From Chloroflexota bacterium (GTDB lineage: Bacteria; Chloroflexota; UBA11872; VXOZ01): 64,000 nt of DNA. The translations under genes were made by a program, and so were the position numbers. The notes below the pieces were generated by a model. The model did no database searches, was not told where the DNA came from, and worked only from the letters and a program-made list of their open reading frames with translations. Numbering within the stretch: position 1 is the stretch's first letter; every line of letters starts with the position of its first letter. The stretch spans positions 2,656,001-2,720,000 of the forward strand of contig OZ244922.1 of assembly GCA_965221905.1 (NCBI GenBank), read 5' to 3'. Positions 16,753 through 27,168 of the stretch are shown one piece after another.

Positions 16753-17940
16753 CTACAGAATCCCGCCTAGCGTTTTCTCAATGCGCGCCAAGCCCTCGTC
16801 CGCTTCCGCATCTGTCAGCGTCAGTGCCGGGGCTATGCGAATGCTGGGCGGCGCCACACGGTTCACGATGAGGCCGCATTCCAAGGCGTGCGCAAGAAAC
16901 TTCTCTGCTCGTTCTTCACCCAGATCGAACGCGAGAAGCAGCCCTTTGCCGCGTATGTTCGTAATCGCGTTGCCGTGGCGGGCGCTGATCTCGGCAAGTC
17001 CGGCCTTGATGCGTTCGCCCTGGCGCGTGGCATTATTCCACAACTCGTTCTCGATAATATGCTTCACCACGGCTGCGGCGCCCGCACAGACGAATGGATT
17101 GCCGCCAAACGTAGAGCCGTGATCGCCGGGCACAAAAACGGCGGCGCGTTCGTTGACCATGCAGGCGCCAATAGGCAGGCCGCCTCCCAGCGCCTTTGCC
17201 AACGCCAACACGTCCGGCTGGATGCCGTAGTGCTCATAGGCGAATAAGCGCCCCGTACGGCCGATGCCGGTCTGCACTTCGTCGAGCGCCAGCAGCAAGT
17301 TGTGCTCGTCGCACAGCGCGCGCAGCCCTTGGACGTAGTCCTGGTCTGCCTCATACACGCCGCCTTCGCCCTGTATGAGTTCCACCAAAATGCCGGCGGT
17401 TTTTGGGCCCACTGCTGCCTGGGCCGCCGCAAGGTCGTTGAAGGCCACCCGCACGAATCCCTCCGGCATGGGCACAAAGTCTTCCTGATAGTGCGGATTC
17501 GCCGTTGCCGCCACGGCAGCTATCGTGCGCCCATGGAAGGCATCGCTCATCACGATGATTTCATAGGCCCCGTCGCGGTTTAGCTTGCCGTACTTTCTCA
17601 CTATCTTGATCGTGGTCTCCAGCGCCTCCGAGCCGCTATTCACGAAGAATACGCGGTCAAGCGTAGAGTTCTCAACCAGCAATTCCGCTAGTTCGTATTG
17701 CCGCGGCACGTGAAAGAGCGAAGAGGTGTGCAGCAAGGTAGTTGCTTGCTTTACGATCGCTTTCACCTGCACGGGATGGGCATGGCCCAATGCATTTACG
17801 GCTATGCCCTGCAAGAAGTCGAGGTAACACCTGCCGCGATCATCCCACACCCAGGAGCCGTCGCCGGACACCAACGTAACCGGCAAGCGGTTGAATGTGT
17901 TCATGTAATACTGCTTCTCTTTGGCAGGCCAGTCGGTCAT
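16753..17940 (-). CDS. argD: Acetylornithine aminotransferase
   Basis: YLDF..GIAVNALGHAHP, NSGSEA, FHGRT, DEVQTG.GRTG, AKALGGG, HGSTFGGNP; next to argG; GGAAGAGAG before ATG 17940. Confidence 0.9.
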   Translation of the reverse strand: MTDWPAKEKQYYMNTFNRLPVTLVSGDGSWVWDDRGRCYLDFLQGIAVNALGHAHPVQVKAIVKQATTLLHTSSLFHVPRQYELAELLVENSTLDRVFFVNSGSEALETTIKIVRKYGKLNRDGAYEIIVMSDAFHGRTIAAVAATANPHYQEDFVPMPEGFVRVAFNDLAAAQAAVGPKTAGILVELIQGEGGVYEADQDYVQGLRALCDEHNLLLALDEVQTGIGRTGRLFAYEHYGIQPDVLALAKALGGGLPIGACMVNERAAVFVPGDHGSTFGGNPFVCAGAAAVVKHIIENELWNNATRQGERIKAGLAEISARHGNAITNIRGKGLLLAFDLGEERAEKFLAHALECGLIVNRVAPPSIRIAPALTLTDAEADEGLARIEKTLGGIL

Positions 17941-18147
17941 GCCGCTCTCTTCCTTCCCACAAAGCTGAAAAAACACTCTTTGCCTAGTATAACGCAGCGC
18001 TAGTCGGTTTTGAACCGCGTTAGCCTCGTCTACACCCGGACAGACGGTGTCCACTGCTGCAATCGTGCATGGACAGAGAGCACTAAAGACGCTACACTAG
18101 CGCGCAGCAGTTGTTATTTCCTCAAATTGTCATGGAGTTCTCACCTC

Positions 18148-19008
18148 ATGAAGTTCATCCTGTTCTCCAAGCATCTTGAGCATCTCAGCTACGAGGAGCT
18201 TGCGGATACGATTGCCGGCATCGGCTTGGACGGCGTTGATCTGACTGTGCGCAGCCCAGGGCACGTGCTGCCCGAAAACGTCAAGACCGATCTCCCCAAA
18301 GCCGCCAAAGCAATCCGCGACCGGGGCTTGGAAGTCGGCTGGATTACGACGAACATCTACAGTGCCGATGCCCCCTACGCCGAGGACATCCTGGCGACTG
18401 CCAGCGACCTGGGCATATCGCAGTTCAAGCTGGGCTATCACAAGTACGAAGGCTTCGGTAACATCAAGCGCCAGATTGCCGAGGTGCGGGATGCCGTCCG
18501 AGGCATCGAACGCCTCTGCCACAAATACGACGTGTGCGGGGGCATGCACGTCCACTCCGGTCCAAACTTGGCTGCGGTGGCTCCCATCATCGGCTTGCAG
18601 ATCGAGGGCTTCGACCCACAGGCTATCGGTCTCTACGCGGACTTTGGGCACATGGGCTTGGAGGGCAGCTTTGGCGGCTGGATTCAAGGACTAGACCTGC
18701 TCTCCGATAGGCTGGTCATGCTCGCGCTGAAGAACATGGGACAGTTCTGGGAAGAAGACGCAAAGACCGGCGAGTATAAGTGGAACCGGAAGCTCGTGCC
18801 CGTCGAACGCGGCTTCACGCCGTACAAGGAAGCGTTCGGCTACCTCAAGCAGATTGGCTACGACGGCTACGCCTCATTCCACAGTGAGTACCAAGGCGCC
18901 GCCTCGTGGAAGAGCCTGGCCCACGACGAACTGATCGAACAGACGAAAGCAGACTTTGCTTATGTCAAGGGTATCTGCGCGGAACTGGGTATTCCTCACG
19001 GTGCGTAG
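18148..19008 (+). CDS. Sugar phosphate isomerase/epimerase (xylose isomerase-like TIM barrel)
   Basis: FSKHL, G.DGVDLTVR.PGHV, H.HSG, DFGH..LEG, HSEY; GGAG RBS. Confidence 0.8.
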   Translation: MKFILFSKHLEHLSYEELADTIAGIGLDGVDLTVRSPGHVLPENVKTDLPKAAKAIRDRGLEVGWITTNIYSADAPYAEDILATASDLGISQFKLGYHKYEGFGNIKRQIAEVRDAVRGIERLCHKYDVCGGMHVHSGPNLAAVAPIIGLQIEGFDPQAIGLYADFGHMGLEGSFGGWIQGLDLLSDRLVMLALKNMGQFWEEDAKTGEYKWNRKLVPVERGFTPYKEAFGYLKQIGYDGYASFHSEYQGAASWKSLAHDELIEQTKADFAYVKGICAELGIPHGA

Positions 19009-19107
19009 GAGGCACGCCGTACGGCGAAGGTCTAATGGGGACTGCCAATACGCAGCGCGAGAGGTCGCGCAATGAAACGGCACACGCATATCTAGCGAGG
19101 AGAAAAC

Positions 19108-20439
19108 ATGGCACCACAACCCGCGATTCTCGGTGGCGAACCCGCCGTCACGTTGGACCACAGCTACTACGCGCAGTGGCCGATCTACACTGAAGAAGAG
19201 GTGGAAGCAGTTTCGGACCTCATTCGCAACCACGCCCTCGCCAGCCAATTCGGTGGATCGGGGCCAATTACAGACTTGGAGCGGCAGGTAGCAGAGACAT
19301 GGGGCGTCAAGCACGCCTTGGCTCATTCGTCAGGCACGGCGTCGCTGCGGGCGGCGCTCTTTGGCGTCGGTGTCGCCCCCGGTGACGAGGTAATTTCGCA
19401 ATCAGCCATCCATCCCTTCAACTGCCTGCCGATTGTCGGCAGTGGCGCGATACCGATCTTCGCCGACATCGATCCGGTCACCCTCACCCTCGACCCGGCG
19501 GACGTAGAGCGCAAAGTCACGCCGCGTACTAGAGCCATCATGGTCGTCCATTGGCCCGGCTGTCCGGCGGACATGGACGCCATCATGGACATCGCCGAGC
19601 GGCATTCTCTGCGCGTGGTGGAGGACAACGCGATCTCGCAGGGGACAACCCATCGCGGTCGCATGGCTGGCACCATTGGCGATGCCGGCGCCATTAGCTT
19701 TCAACACGGCAAGAGCACGTCAGCCGGTGAGGGCGGCGTCTTCATGACCAACGACACGGAGATCTTCCAGCGCGCCGCGTCATTGGGTCACTACGAGCGC
19801 CTGAGGGATTTACCTGATCCAAAATGGCGCGCCGTAAGCGGCTTCAGCTTTGGCGAAAAGTACCGCATGGCGACCCTATCCGCAGCTATCGGCAGCGTCC
19901 AGATGAAATACTGGAAAGAACGTCTCGCCGTGCGGCATGCAAACACTGACAAGCTGGGTGAAGCTATAGCCGCAATCGACGGGTTTGCCGCGCCCGATTA
20001 TCCCGATTACTTCCCTTCACCCTACCAGAGCGGCCGCATCATGTTCGATCCCAATGCGCTCGGCGGCATCTCCCGCGAGCGGCTGCTCCAGGCGCTTCAA
20101 GCCGAAGGGGCGCAGGTATCTTCACCCGCTCAAAAGGACACGCACACCCCTCACGCAGGCAGACTCACGCATATGCTCCACAAGCACCCGGTGTTCGCGG
20201 GCAACGAGCACGGGACCGGAGACATCCTGTGGGAAGTACTTGGAGCAAACGTCACTCGGGTGGACTACAAGAACGTGACTCTACCCGTCACCGAAGACCC
20301 GGAGATTCCCTACGATTCAATTCGTGTGCCCAGCTTCACCCGTCCGGCGGATGAACTGATCGAACAGTACGCCGCGGCCTTCGCCAAGGTCGCCGCCAAT
20401 GCCGACAAACTGAGCGGGGCTCTAGTCGAAGCCCGTTAA
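19108..20439 (+). CDS. DegT/DnrJ/EryC1/StrS family PLP aminotransferase
   Basis: SSGTASL, GDEVI, PIFADID, VEDNA, SFQHGK (PLP Lys), GEGG. Confidence 0.9.
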   Translation: MAPQPAILGGEPAVTLDHSYYAQWPIYTEEEVEAVSDLIRNHALASQFGGSGPITDLERQVAETWGVKHALAHSSGTASLRAALFGVGVAPGDEVISQSAIHPFNCLPIVGSGAIPIFADIDPVTLTLDPADVERKVTPRTRAIMVVHWPGCPADMDAIMDIAERHSLRVVEDNAISQGTTHRGRMAGTIGDAGAISFQHGKSTSAGEGGVFMTNDTEIFQRAASLGHYERLRDLPDPKWRAVSGFSFGEKYRMATLSAAIGSVQMKYWKERLAVRHANTDKLGEAIAAIDGFAAPDYPDYFPSPYQSGRIMFDPNALGGISRERLLQALQAEGAQVSSPAQKDTHTPHAGRLTHMLHKHPVFAGNEHGTGDILWEVLGANVTRVDYKNVTLPVTEDPEIPYDSIRVPSFTRPADELIEQYAAAFAKVAANADKLSGALVEAR

Positions 20440-20575
20440 TTCATAGCCTCATTTATGTAAATGCCGGTGCGTCTTGTCCCTCGGTCGTGGCCTAATGGCG
20501 ACACTGACGGTGGAGGTGACTACGACCATCGTCCTTGTACGCTGAGAAATTCTACTCGTCAACCTCACAAAGAAC

Positions 20576-20600
20576 GTAGCGCGGGGGCTTGTCCCCCGCT
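20576..20600 (+). repeat. GTAG-type REP palindrome
   Basis: GTAGCGCGGGGGCTTGTCCCCCGCT; inverted copies at 50038, 51565, 53058, 55835, 57321. Confidence 0.8.
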
Positions 20601-20876
20601 CTTTAGCCCCTACAGAAGACCCAAATGGGTCCCGCCGCACGGGTTACCACTTCTGCGCTATACCGTCTTATCGGCGGCTCTCGAGCTACGGCAAATGCAT
20701 TCATACTCCAAGCCGACTCGGCATTCACGTGAACAGACATCCATGTCCGGCAGCCGGGTGGCGTGCAAGGGCTGACACTCACAGTCATGGCGACACCGCG
20801 ACTCCGCTATCCCTCGTCGCAGCTAGAGTTCTCCGACCACGCACGCGTCTTCCGTCGGTCCCAATCTCATCATTTG

Positions 20877-21728
20877 TCACACTATCCCCAGCAGGCGCGC
20901 CCCATTCTCCCAAATCAATGCCTGGCGGTCCTCAGCGCCGAGTTGCGCTCTATTCAAGAATTCAAGGGCGCGGCGCTGCGACATGAGAGGAAAGTCGCTT
21001 CCAAAGAGCAAGCGGGATGTGCCAAGCTGCGCACCAATCCGGTAAACCTGTGGGTCATAGAGATAGGGCGTAGCCGCCGAATCGTAATAGGTCATGCGCG
21101 TAAGCTCTTCAATCTCCGGCATGAGTGAATAGAAGAGGAGTCCGCCACCCCAATGCGCCAACACGATGGGCACGTCCTGCGCCATCCCCAGCAGACGGAC
21201 CAGCTTTTCCGGCGTCGTCCCGCCCTTACCTGGGTAGCCGTGCCCCAATGGCTCGCTGGCATGCAAGAGCATGACCATGCCGTGCGCCCGGCACGCCTCG
21301 ATGACGGGCCGCATAGTCTGCTCATCTGTTACGTCGAAGCGCTGCCCGTCCGCATTGAGCTCACCGACACCGCGAAAGCCCAGGGCAGCACAGCGCTCGA
21401 TCTCGCGTGCAGCACCCGGATCGCCCGGCACAACCGTACAAAACGGCACAATCTGGCGATACGGCCGCAGAGCTTCTAGAATAGAGTCATTCGTTTCGCT
21501 GCAGAATCCTGGGTCACACCAGCCGAAATTCAGCGCCACGGCAGCGGAGACGCCGTCACGATCCATCGCACTCGCCAGGTCGGCAGCAGTAGCCAGGCGA
21601 CTCTGAGGCGCTGCGTAGAGGGATGCAAACCAAGGCTCGTTTGCAAAGTGCCGTTCACGCGCCTTTACAACTTCCGCGGGAAAGACATGAGTATGAAAGT
21701 CAAGAACGCGCTCGCTGTCTATTTGCAC
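20877..21728 (-). CDS. Amidohydrolase family protein (Amidohydro_2)
   Basis: DFHTH metal motif, GFRGVGEL, H.SEP.GH.YPGKG, AHWGGG, LFGSDFP; nearest usable start is GTG 21728. Confidence 0.85.
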   Translation of the reverse strand: MQIDSERVLDFHTHVFPAEVVKARERHFANEPWFASLYAAPQSRLATAADLASAMDRDGVSAAVALNFGWCDPGFCSETNDSILEALRPYRQIVPFCTVVPGDPGAAREIERCAALGFRGVGELNADGQRFDVTDEQTMRPVIEACRAHGMVMLLHASEPLGHGYPGKGGTTPEKLVRLLGMAQDVPIVLAHWGGGLLFYSLMPEIEELTRMTYYDSAATPYLYDPQVYRIGAQLGTSRLLFGSDFPLMSQRRALEFLNRAQLGAEDRQALIWENGARLLGIV

Positions 21729-22886
21729 ATTCCCTTCTGTCGGGTGCGGTGTCCTTACTGCGATTTTAACACGTACTCCGGCATGCAGTCGCTCGTACCG
21801 GCGTATGTGGAGGCATTGTGTCGCGTAATTACCCGCGAGGGTGCGGCCAGCGGCTTTCACGCCGCGCGCACAGTGTATTTTGGCGGCGGCACCCCATCTC
21901 TGCTGGAGCCTAAGCACGTGGCCCAACTCATCGAAGCAGTCAATGTCGTCTTGCCGCTCACTGCAGACTGCGAAATCACCCTGGAAGCCAACCCGGTTAC
22001 AGCCGACGCCGAGCGCTTTGCCGGATTTCGGGCTGCCGGTGTCAATCGCCTCTCTTTTGGCGTGCAGAGCTTCTCGGATCGGCTCCTCAAAGTGCTGGGG
22101 CGTGACCATAATGCCGCGCAAGCCAAACGCGCCTTGCACCTCGCACGACAGGCCGGTTTCGAGAACGTAAGCCTTGATCTGATGTACGCGGTCCCCAATC
22201 AGTCGCTTGCCGACTGGCAGCATGACGTGGCGCGCGCCCTGGCGCTTGCACCGGAGCACCTGTCGCTCTACTGCCTCACCGTGGAAGCCAGCACGCCCTT
22301 TGCACGCTGGGTAACCAATGGCCGCATTAAGCTTCCCTCCGATGACATTGCCGCGGACATGTACGCGTATGCATCAGAATACCTGGCAGTCGCTGGCTAT
22401 GAACACTACGAAATTTCGAACTGGGCGCTGCCGGGCGGAGAAGGGCAGCACAACCAAATTTACTGGCGCTACGAGCCGTACCTGGGTCTGGGCGCCGGCG
22501 CGCACGGCTACCTGCACGGAACACGCACCGAGGAGATACATAAGCCCCGCGAGTACATTGAGCGAGCGCTGTGCGGCGAGTCGACCGTCCTGCGCCAAGA
22601 GAACATCTCGGAACCAACTGCTATGGAGGAGAGCATCTTCCTCAACCTACGGCTGATGCAGCGGGGAATTCTGCGTCAAGAATTTGCAGCCCGATTCGGC
22701 ACGGATCCGGTAACCCTGCTTGGTCGGGAGCTTGCAGAATTGACCCGCGCGAACCTGGTGTCAATTGACGAACAATCCATCCGCCTCACGCCAAACGGCT
22801 ACTTCTTGGCTAATGAAGTCTGCGTCCGGCTCATATCCGCACTGGATGCAGGCAGCTTAACCGCCACTATTACTGCGAATAGCTGA
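21687..22886 (+). CDS. hemW: Radical SAM heme chaperone HemW
   Basis: YLHIPFC...CPYCDFN, YFGGGTPS, EITLEANP, HYEISNWA, HNQIYW (HNxxYW HemW motif), YLGLGAGAH. Confidence 0.92.
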   Translation: MSMKVKNALAVYLHIPFCRVRCPYCDFNTYSGMQSLVPAYVEALCRVITREGAASGFHAARTVYFGGGTPSLLEPKHVAQLIEAVNVVLPLTADCEITLEANPVTADAERFAGFRAAGVNRLSFGVQSFSDRLLKVLGRDHNAAQAKRALHLARQAGFENVSLDLMYAVPNQSLADWQHDVARALALAPEHLSLYCLTVEASTPFARWVTNGRIKLPSDDIAADMYAYASEYLAVAGYEHYEISNWALPGGEGQHNQIYWRYEPYLGLGAGAHGYLHGTRTEEIHKPREYIERALCGESTVLRQENISEPTAMEESIFLNLRLMQRGILRQEFAARFGTDPVTLLGRELAELTRANLVSIDEQSIRLTPNGYFLANEVCVRLISALDAGSLTATITANS

Positions 22887-23159
22887 ACGTAGACTGGACT
22901 GTCTATGCATTGAGGGTGATCATAGCCGCGTGTCTAATGCTGTGCATTAGTTCTGCCTGGGTCTATCGCAGGGCTTACGTTGGAGTTGCTGCGCTAGTGC
23001 GCGGTCGGTACCACAACCATACCGCAGCGGCAAAGTTTGGCTACAGGTCTGAGGAAACGGCGAGGTCGCAGGTCAGCACGCCGGCCCGATTCATGAAACC
23101 GAAGACGGCAAAACCCTTGAGCTACGCCCGACGTCCCGGGCTTTCCGATTAGTCCATGG

Positions 23160-24431
23160 TCAGGGGGCCGTCGATGGGCTGGGTTGGCCTGAGGCTACTG
23201 CGCTGTCCGATTGTGGGTTGCCAGTTTCCCTCTTCCTATGGAAGTGCTGCACCATCAACAACCCAATGGTCGCGACGGTTACTATCACGATTGCTCCATG
23301 CACGAATCGGATCGCACCAGGAGGAAACGTGTCCCACAGTGCCCCTACGGCAATCGTGAATCCGAACAGCCCTAACACGAGGTATGCGACGAGCATACTG
23401 ATTTGCAGTTTCTTGGCTCTTGCTTGAGCCATGAAAAATGCGATGATGGAGTACACGGCAACGCACGAGAATGCGGTCCAGCCGGCGCGGACAAAATGCG
23501 TGCCGATCTCTGCCCCGGACAGGTGCCTTGTTCCCCACCATAACGCATCCAAAACCTCCACGGCGATGACTGCTATCAGGACGTACACCACCCGACGCAC
23601 CACCCGGTAGATTCGGTCCGGGCCGATGGCGACAAGGGACACGTACCCGCTATACATCCCACACACTCCAACGCCGATCAGCGAGAACATCGCCCGCCGG
23701 AGCTCGTTGGGGCCGCCGGCGAAGTCGGTCCACACTTGCCAAATCATGATGAATAGCCCCACGCAGAGTCCGGCCGCCCATACCATGGGTAGTTGTCTCA
23801 GGACCTGCCCAAGCGCCCCTGTCCGGTCGCGGTAGCTGAGGACAAGGTAGGCATTGGCAACTACACTCAACATGATCCCAATGATGATCAACATGGTGAA
23901 GAACAGGTCCTCAAGGTTCAAGATTGAGAGGTCGAAGCGGAGTGAAACCAGTCCGAGTACGGCCCAAGTTAGGATGCCTGCAGCAGCAGTCCAAATGAAT
24001 AGCGGTGTTACAATTGCAAAGAAGCCACCGGATGGGTCAATCCTCAGGAAGCGCCTATATCCGCTCCAAGCCTCGCCTACCGCCACCGCAGCAACATCCT
24101 TGCGCGGCTGCCTACCGGCCACGCCTGCCGCGGCGGGAGCATCATCCTGGCGCGGTCGCCTCCTGGCCTCGTCTGCAGCGGCAGGAGCGTCGTTCTTGCG
24201 CGGTTGCTCGCTGCCTTCGTCTGCCGCCACCGGAGCGTCTTCCTGGCGCAGCCGCCTACTTCCCTCATCGGCCGCCAACGGAGCGTCATCCTGGCGCGGC
24301 TGTCTGCTGGCTTTGCTTGCTGCCACGGGAGCATCATTTTGCCGGGTTGGCGTTCCACATTGCGCGCAAAACTTGGCGCCTCTATCCAATTCGCTGCCAC
24401 AGTTAGTGCAGAACCTGCTAGTAAGCTCCAT
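23160..24431 (-). CDS. Zinc-ribbon membrane protein with 16-aa tandem repeats
   Basis: FCTNCG..FCAQCG double CxxC, repeat linker, then multiple TM helices. Confidence 0.75.
   Translation of the reverse strand: MELTSRFCTNCGSELDRGAKFCAQCGTPTRQNDAPVAASKASRQPRQDDAPLAADEGSRRLRQEDAPVAADEGSEQPRKNDAPAAADEARRRPRQDDAPAAAGVAGRQPRKDVAAVAVGEAWSGYRRFLRIDPSGGFFAIVTPLFIWTAAAGILTWAVLGLVSLRFDLSILNLEDLFFTMLIIIGIMLSVVANAYLVLSYRDRTGALGQVLRQLPMVWAAGLCVGLFIMIWQVWTDFAGGPNELRRAMFSLIGVGVCGMYSGYVSLVAIGPDRIYRVVRRVVYVLIAVIAVEVLDALWWGTRHLSGAEIGTHFVRAGWTAFSCVAVYSIIAFFMAQARAKKLQISMLVAYLVLGLFGFTIAVGALWDTFPPGAIRFVHGAIVIVTVATIGLLMVQHFHRKRETGNPQSDSAVASGQPSPSTAP
24069..24344 (-). repeat. 48-bp (16-aa) intragenic tandem repeat, about 5.7 copies
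   Basis: RQNDAPVAASKASRQP / RQDDAPLAADEGSRRL / RQEDAPVAADEGSEQP / RKNDAPAAADEARRRP / RQDDAPAAAGVAGRQP / RKDVAAVAVGEA. Confidence 0.85.
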
Positions 24432-24699
24432 GCAACTACCTTTCTTCCCAGTTATCTGGTCTTTCCTGATTTCTGGCTCAGAGCCTTGTCACCACATGCA
24501 ACAAATAGCTTGTAGTGCTGACATCCAGTAGTATAAGACATACCGTGCGACTTAGTGAATCGCTGGCTATGTGCAAACCTCACTGCGCAGCGCCGCTACT
24601 TAGAAAAGTCCTGCGTACCCAACAAGAGGTGCACATTGAAGTAGCTGCCAGTAGTGATATTGCTAGTTCTACACGCCGCTCACTTTGGAGGCAGTTGCC

Positions 24700-25545
24700 A
24701 TGTTTCGCTATGTGTTGGGTTTCATACTTGCTGTCGTCATCATCACTGCCGGTATCGTCGCGATAGTAGCTTTTTACGAAGAGGAAACTCCGGCATCGCG
24801 CCCCGCGCCTGCTGAGGAAGCTGCGAATCGCGGCACCGAGTCTAAGCAATTGGCGCCCGAGCCAACCCGCGCGACCTCTCCCGCTAGCCCAACCCCAGCG
24901 CCTACAGTCCTGCCTCTGCCTACGCTGCCGCCTTTGCCTAAAGCCACGCCCTATCCTGCTGGCGACCCCGAGCTCTACGGTGCGATTTGGCGGGGTACCA
25001 GCGATGCGGAAAGGTTGCAAGCTCTCGTTAATGAAGGTAGAGAGGTTAATGCCAGCAACGATCAGGGCGATCCGTTCTTGTACACAGCGATCTGGCGGGC
25101 CTCCCCGGAGAAAGTACAGATACTTGTGGACGCCGGTGCGGATGTAAACGCGCGCGATAGCGATAATGATCCGATGCTTTACACCGCGATTTGGCGAGAC
25201 AGGATCGAAGCGCTGCGCATTCTGGTGGAAGCCGGTGCGGATGTGAACGCGCGAGACAGCAACAACAATCCGCTTCTTTACACCGCGATTTGGCGTGAAA
25301 AGAACAAGGCGTTGCAGATACTCGTAGCCGCTGGTGCGGATGTGAATGCGCGCGACAGTGACAACGACCCGCTTCTCTACACCGCGATTTGGCGGGACAA
25401 GATTGATGCGCTGCGGATACTCGTCGACGCCGGCGCGGACGTAAGTGCCCGATTGGCCGATGGCCGGTCGCTCCTGGCGGTGGCGAGTCTACAGGGCACC
25501 CCTGAAGCCGTACAGATCTTGCTTGATGCTGGCGCAAAAGAATAG
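24700..25545 (+). CDS. Membrane-anchored ankyrin repeat protein
   Basis: N-terminal TM, Pro/Thr linker, about five 33-aa repeats P.LYTAIWR.....LV.AGADVNARD; GGAGG RBS. Confidence 0.9.
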   Translation: MFRYVLGFILAVVIITAGIVAIVAFYEEETPASRPAPAEEAANRGTESKQLAPEPTRATSPASPTPAPTVLPLPTLPPLPKATPYPAGDPELYGAIWRGTSDAERLQALVNEGREVNASNDQGDPFLYTAIWRASPEKVQILVDAGADVNARDSDNDPMLYTAIWRDRIEALRILVEAGADVNARDSNNNPLLYTAIWREKNKALQILVAAGADVNARDSDNDPLLYTAIWRDKIDALRILVDAGADVSARLADGRSLLAVASLQGTPEAVQILLDAGAKE

Positions 25546-25599
25546 CAGGAAACGGAGCGGTGTGCTGCCGGGGGCAAGCCTTGGAAACCAGAGCGATCG

Positions 25600-25840
25600 C
25601 AAGACCGGCTTCAGCAGGATGAAGGGACGCTGGAAGGTGATCAATGGGTGCTGGTGTTGCCGGTTAGCAAGTGTCTAGTGTCCCGTTGCCTGCCCGGCAG
25701 CTTCACCCCCTCGAACCAACACTCTCCGGAGGCGTGTGGCACTAATTCTTCGTCCGGCCCGTAGCAACAACAGACCTCAGCCAGCTAGAAGTGTAACCTA
25801 TGTCCCCGAACAACTGTTACCCATCTCCCCGGTCTGTACA
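25600..25840 (+). pseudogene. Probable IS481-family 3' remnant
   Basis: Degraded LEPTLSGGVWH*FF segment, then tandem TGTAACCTATGTCCCCG / TGTTACCCATCTCCCCG ending in TACA. Confidence 0.45.
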
Positions 25841-26044
25841 GTTTATACAGCGGTAGATGAACAAGATGAGGATCACCGCATTGGAAACACCCACCGCATG
25901 TCCCCCTCAGTACGATGCTGTCCCACATGTAGCGTCAATACATCTCACCCACTGATTGTCCCAATCCTCCAAGGTTGCTACTATTGCATGCAGAGACGCG
26001 CGATCCAAAGCTAATTGAGAGGACCCGCGAAGGAGATTGCCCTC

Positions 26045-26410
26045 GTGCGCGCGAATTACGATAGTGCTATGCCCTTCGACTTTGACGGGTTGTGCATTCG
26101 GGAACTCACTCCCCGTAGTTTAGAAGCAGCCTCAATCGCAGCAATCGACGTACCTCCCGGCGCACGGCATCGCACCGCACGCTCAAGCAAGAGAGAAAAG
26201 CTCTACGTTTGCCTCGAAGGGTTCATTTCATTCGTCGTCCAAAACCGAGAGACGACACTAGGGCCTCTGGATGTCTTGCACATCCCCACGCACGAGTGGT
26301 TCCGCTATTTCAACGAGAGCGGAAAGCCTGCTAAACTGCTGCTGATACATATCCCGCCCTTCGATCTCGCTAGCGAACAGTTTTTGGAAGCGCAGGACGA
26401 CAGTAATTAG
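26045..26410 (+). CDS. Cupin domain protein
   Basis: PPGA.H....EKLYVCLEG, LGPLD.LHIP...W..Y.N cupin motifs; AAGGAG RBS before GTG. Confidence 0.75.
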   Translation: MRANYDSAMPFDFDGLCIRELTPRSLEAASIAAIDVPPGARHRTARSSKREKLYVCLEGFISFVVQNRETTLGPLDVLHIPTHEWFRYFNESGKPAKLLLIHIPPFDLASEQFLEAQDDSN

Positions 26411-26508
26411 GTGCAGGAGAAGAGGAGGAGTGTAGCGGAAGCAATATCGTGTGGGAACAGTAAGCCAAGTCTATGTGTAATTCAACGACAATCTAAAGGG
26501 AGAATAAA

Positions 26509-26895
26509 ATGGCGGTTTTCTTGCATACACGCATACGTGTGAGCGATTTGGACAACTCGATTAGTTTCTATAGTGAACGCTTAGGCTTCAAATTGCTAAG
26601 CCGGAGCGAGCGCTCCCCCCACGGGAATCAGATCGCGCACCTGGAGCTGCCCGGCAACCTGCATACGCTGGAGCTTACCTACTCCGACGACTATGACCTT
26701 AACGTCCCTGAGGACCTGATGCACCTCGCCATCGGCGTCACCGACCTCATTGCATTCTGCGCCGAATTGGAGGAAAAGGGAATCGAGATTTGGCCGGACG
26801 GTTGGCGCGAGGTGTTCGCCGCGGGCAGGAAGATGGGATTCATCGACGACCCCGACGGCTACGAAATCGAACTGCTCGAGCGGGCGGAAGCTTAG
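26509..26895 (+). CDS. VOC family / lactoylglutathione lyase-like protein
   Basis: LHTRIRVSDLD.SI.FY, LELTY, HLAIGV, FIDDPDGYEIELLE. Confidence 0.88.
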   Translation: MAVFLHTRIRVSDLDNSISFYSERLGFKLLSRSERSPHGNQIAHLELPGNLHTLELTYSDDYDLNVPEDLMHLAIGVTDLIAFCAELEEKGIEIWPDGWREVFAAGRKMGFIDDPDGYEIELLERAEA

Positions 26896-27168
26896 GGGAG
26901 CCGGCCCAACGTACATCGGGGAATGCGCGGATTCTAAAGCTAGGCTCAAGCGACGGACTAGTGTATCAGAATGTCGCCTAGCGTTAACTAAACTGTCTCG
27001 ACCGCAGGGAAAAGCCGCAAGAGTCCGTGCATTCATCTGGCAATTGGGGCAGCATGGCACAGTGCGCACGACCTGAGAACCAATGGATGCATTCTCCATC
27101 TCGGGCACTACAGGTTTCATAGGTCTTAGCAATTGGATCGCGCAAACAGGCCCGCTACTTCCCTACCT

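Noticed and set aside
21729-22259. N-terminal extension of the 460-aa minus ORF
   Set aside because: Antisense shadow of hemW; amidohydrolase similarity starts at DFHTH.
21687-22886. Radical SAM RiPP maturase
   Set aside because: HNxxYW and the other motifs identify housekeeping HemW; no SPASM domain.
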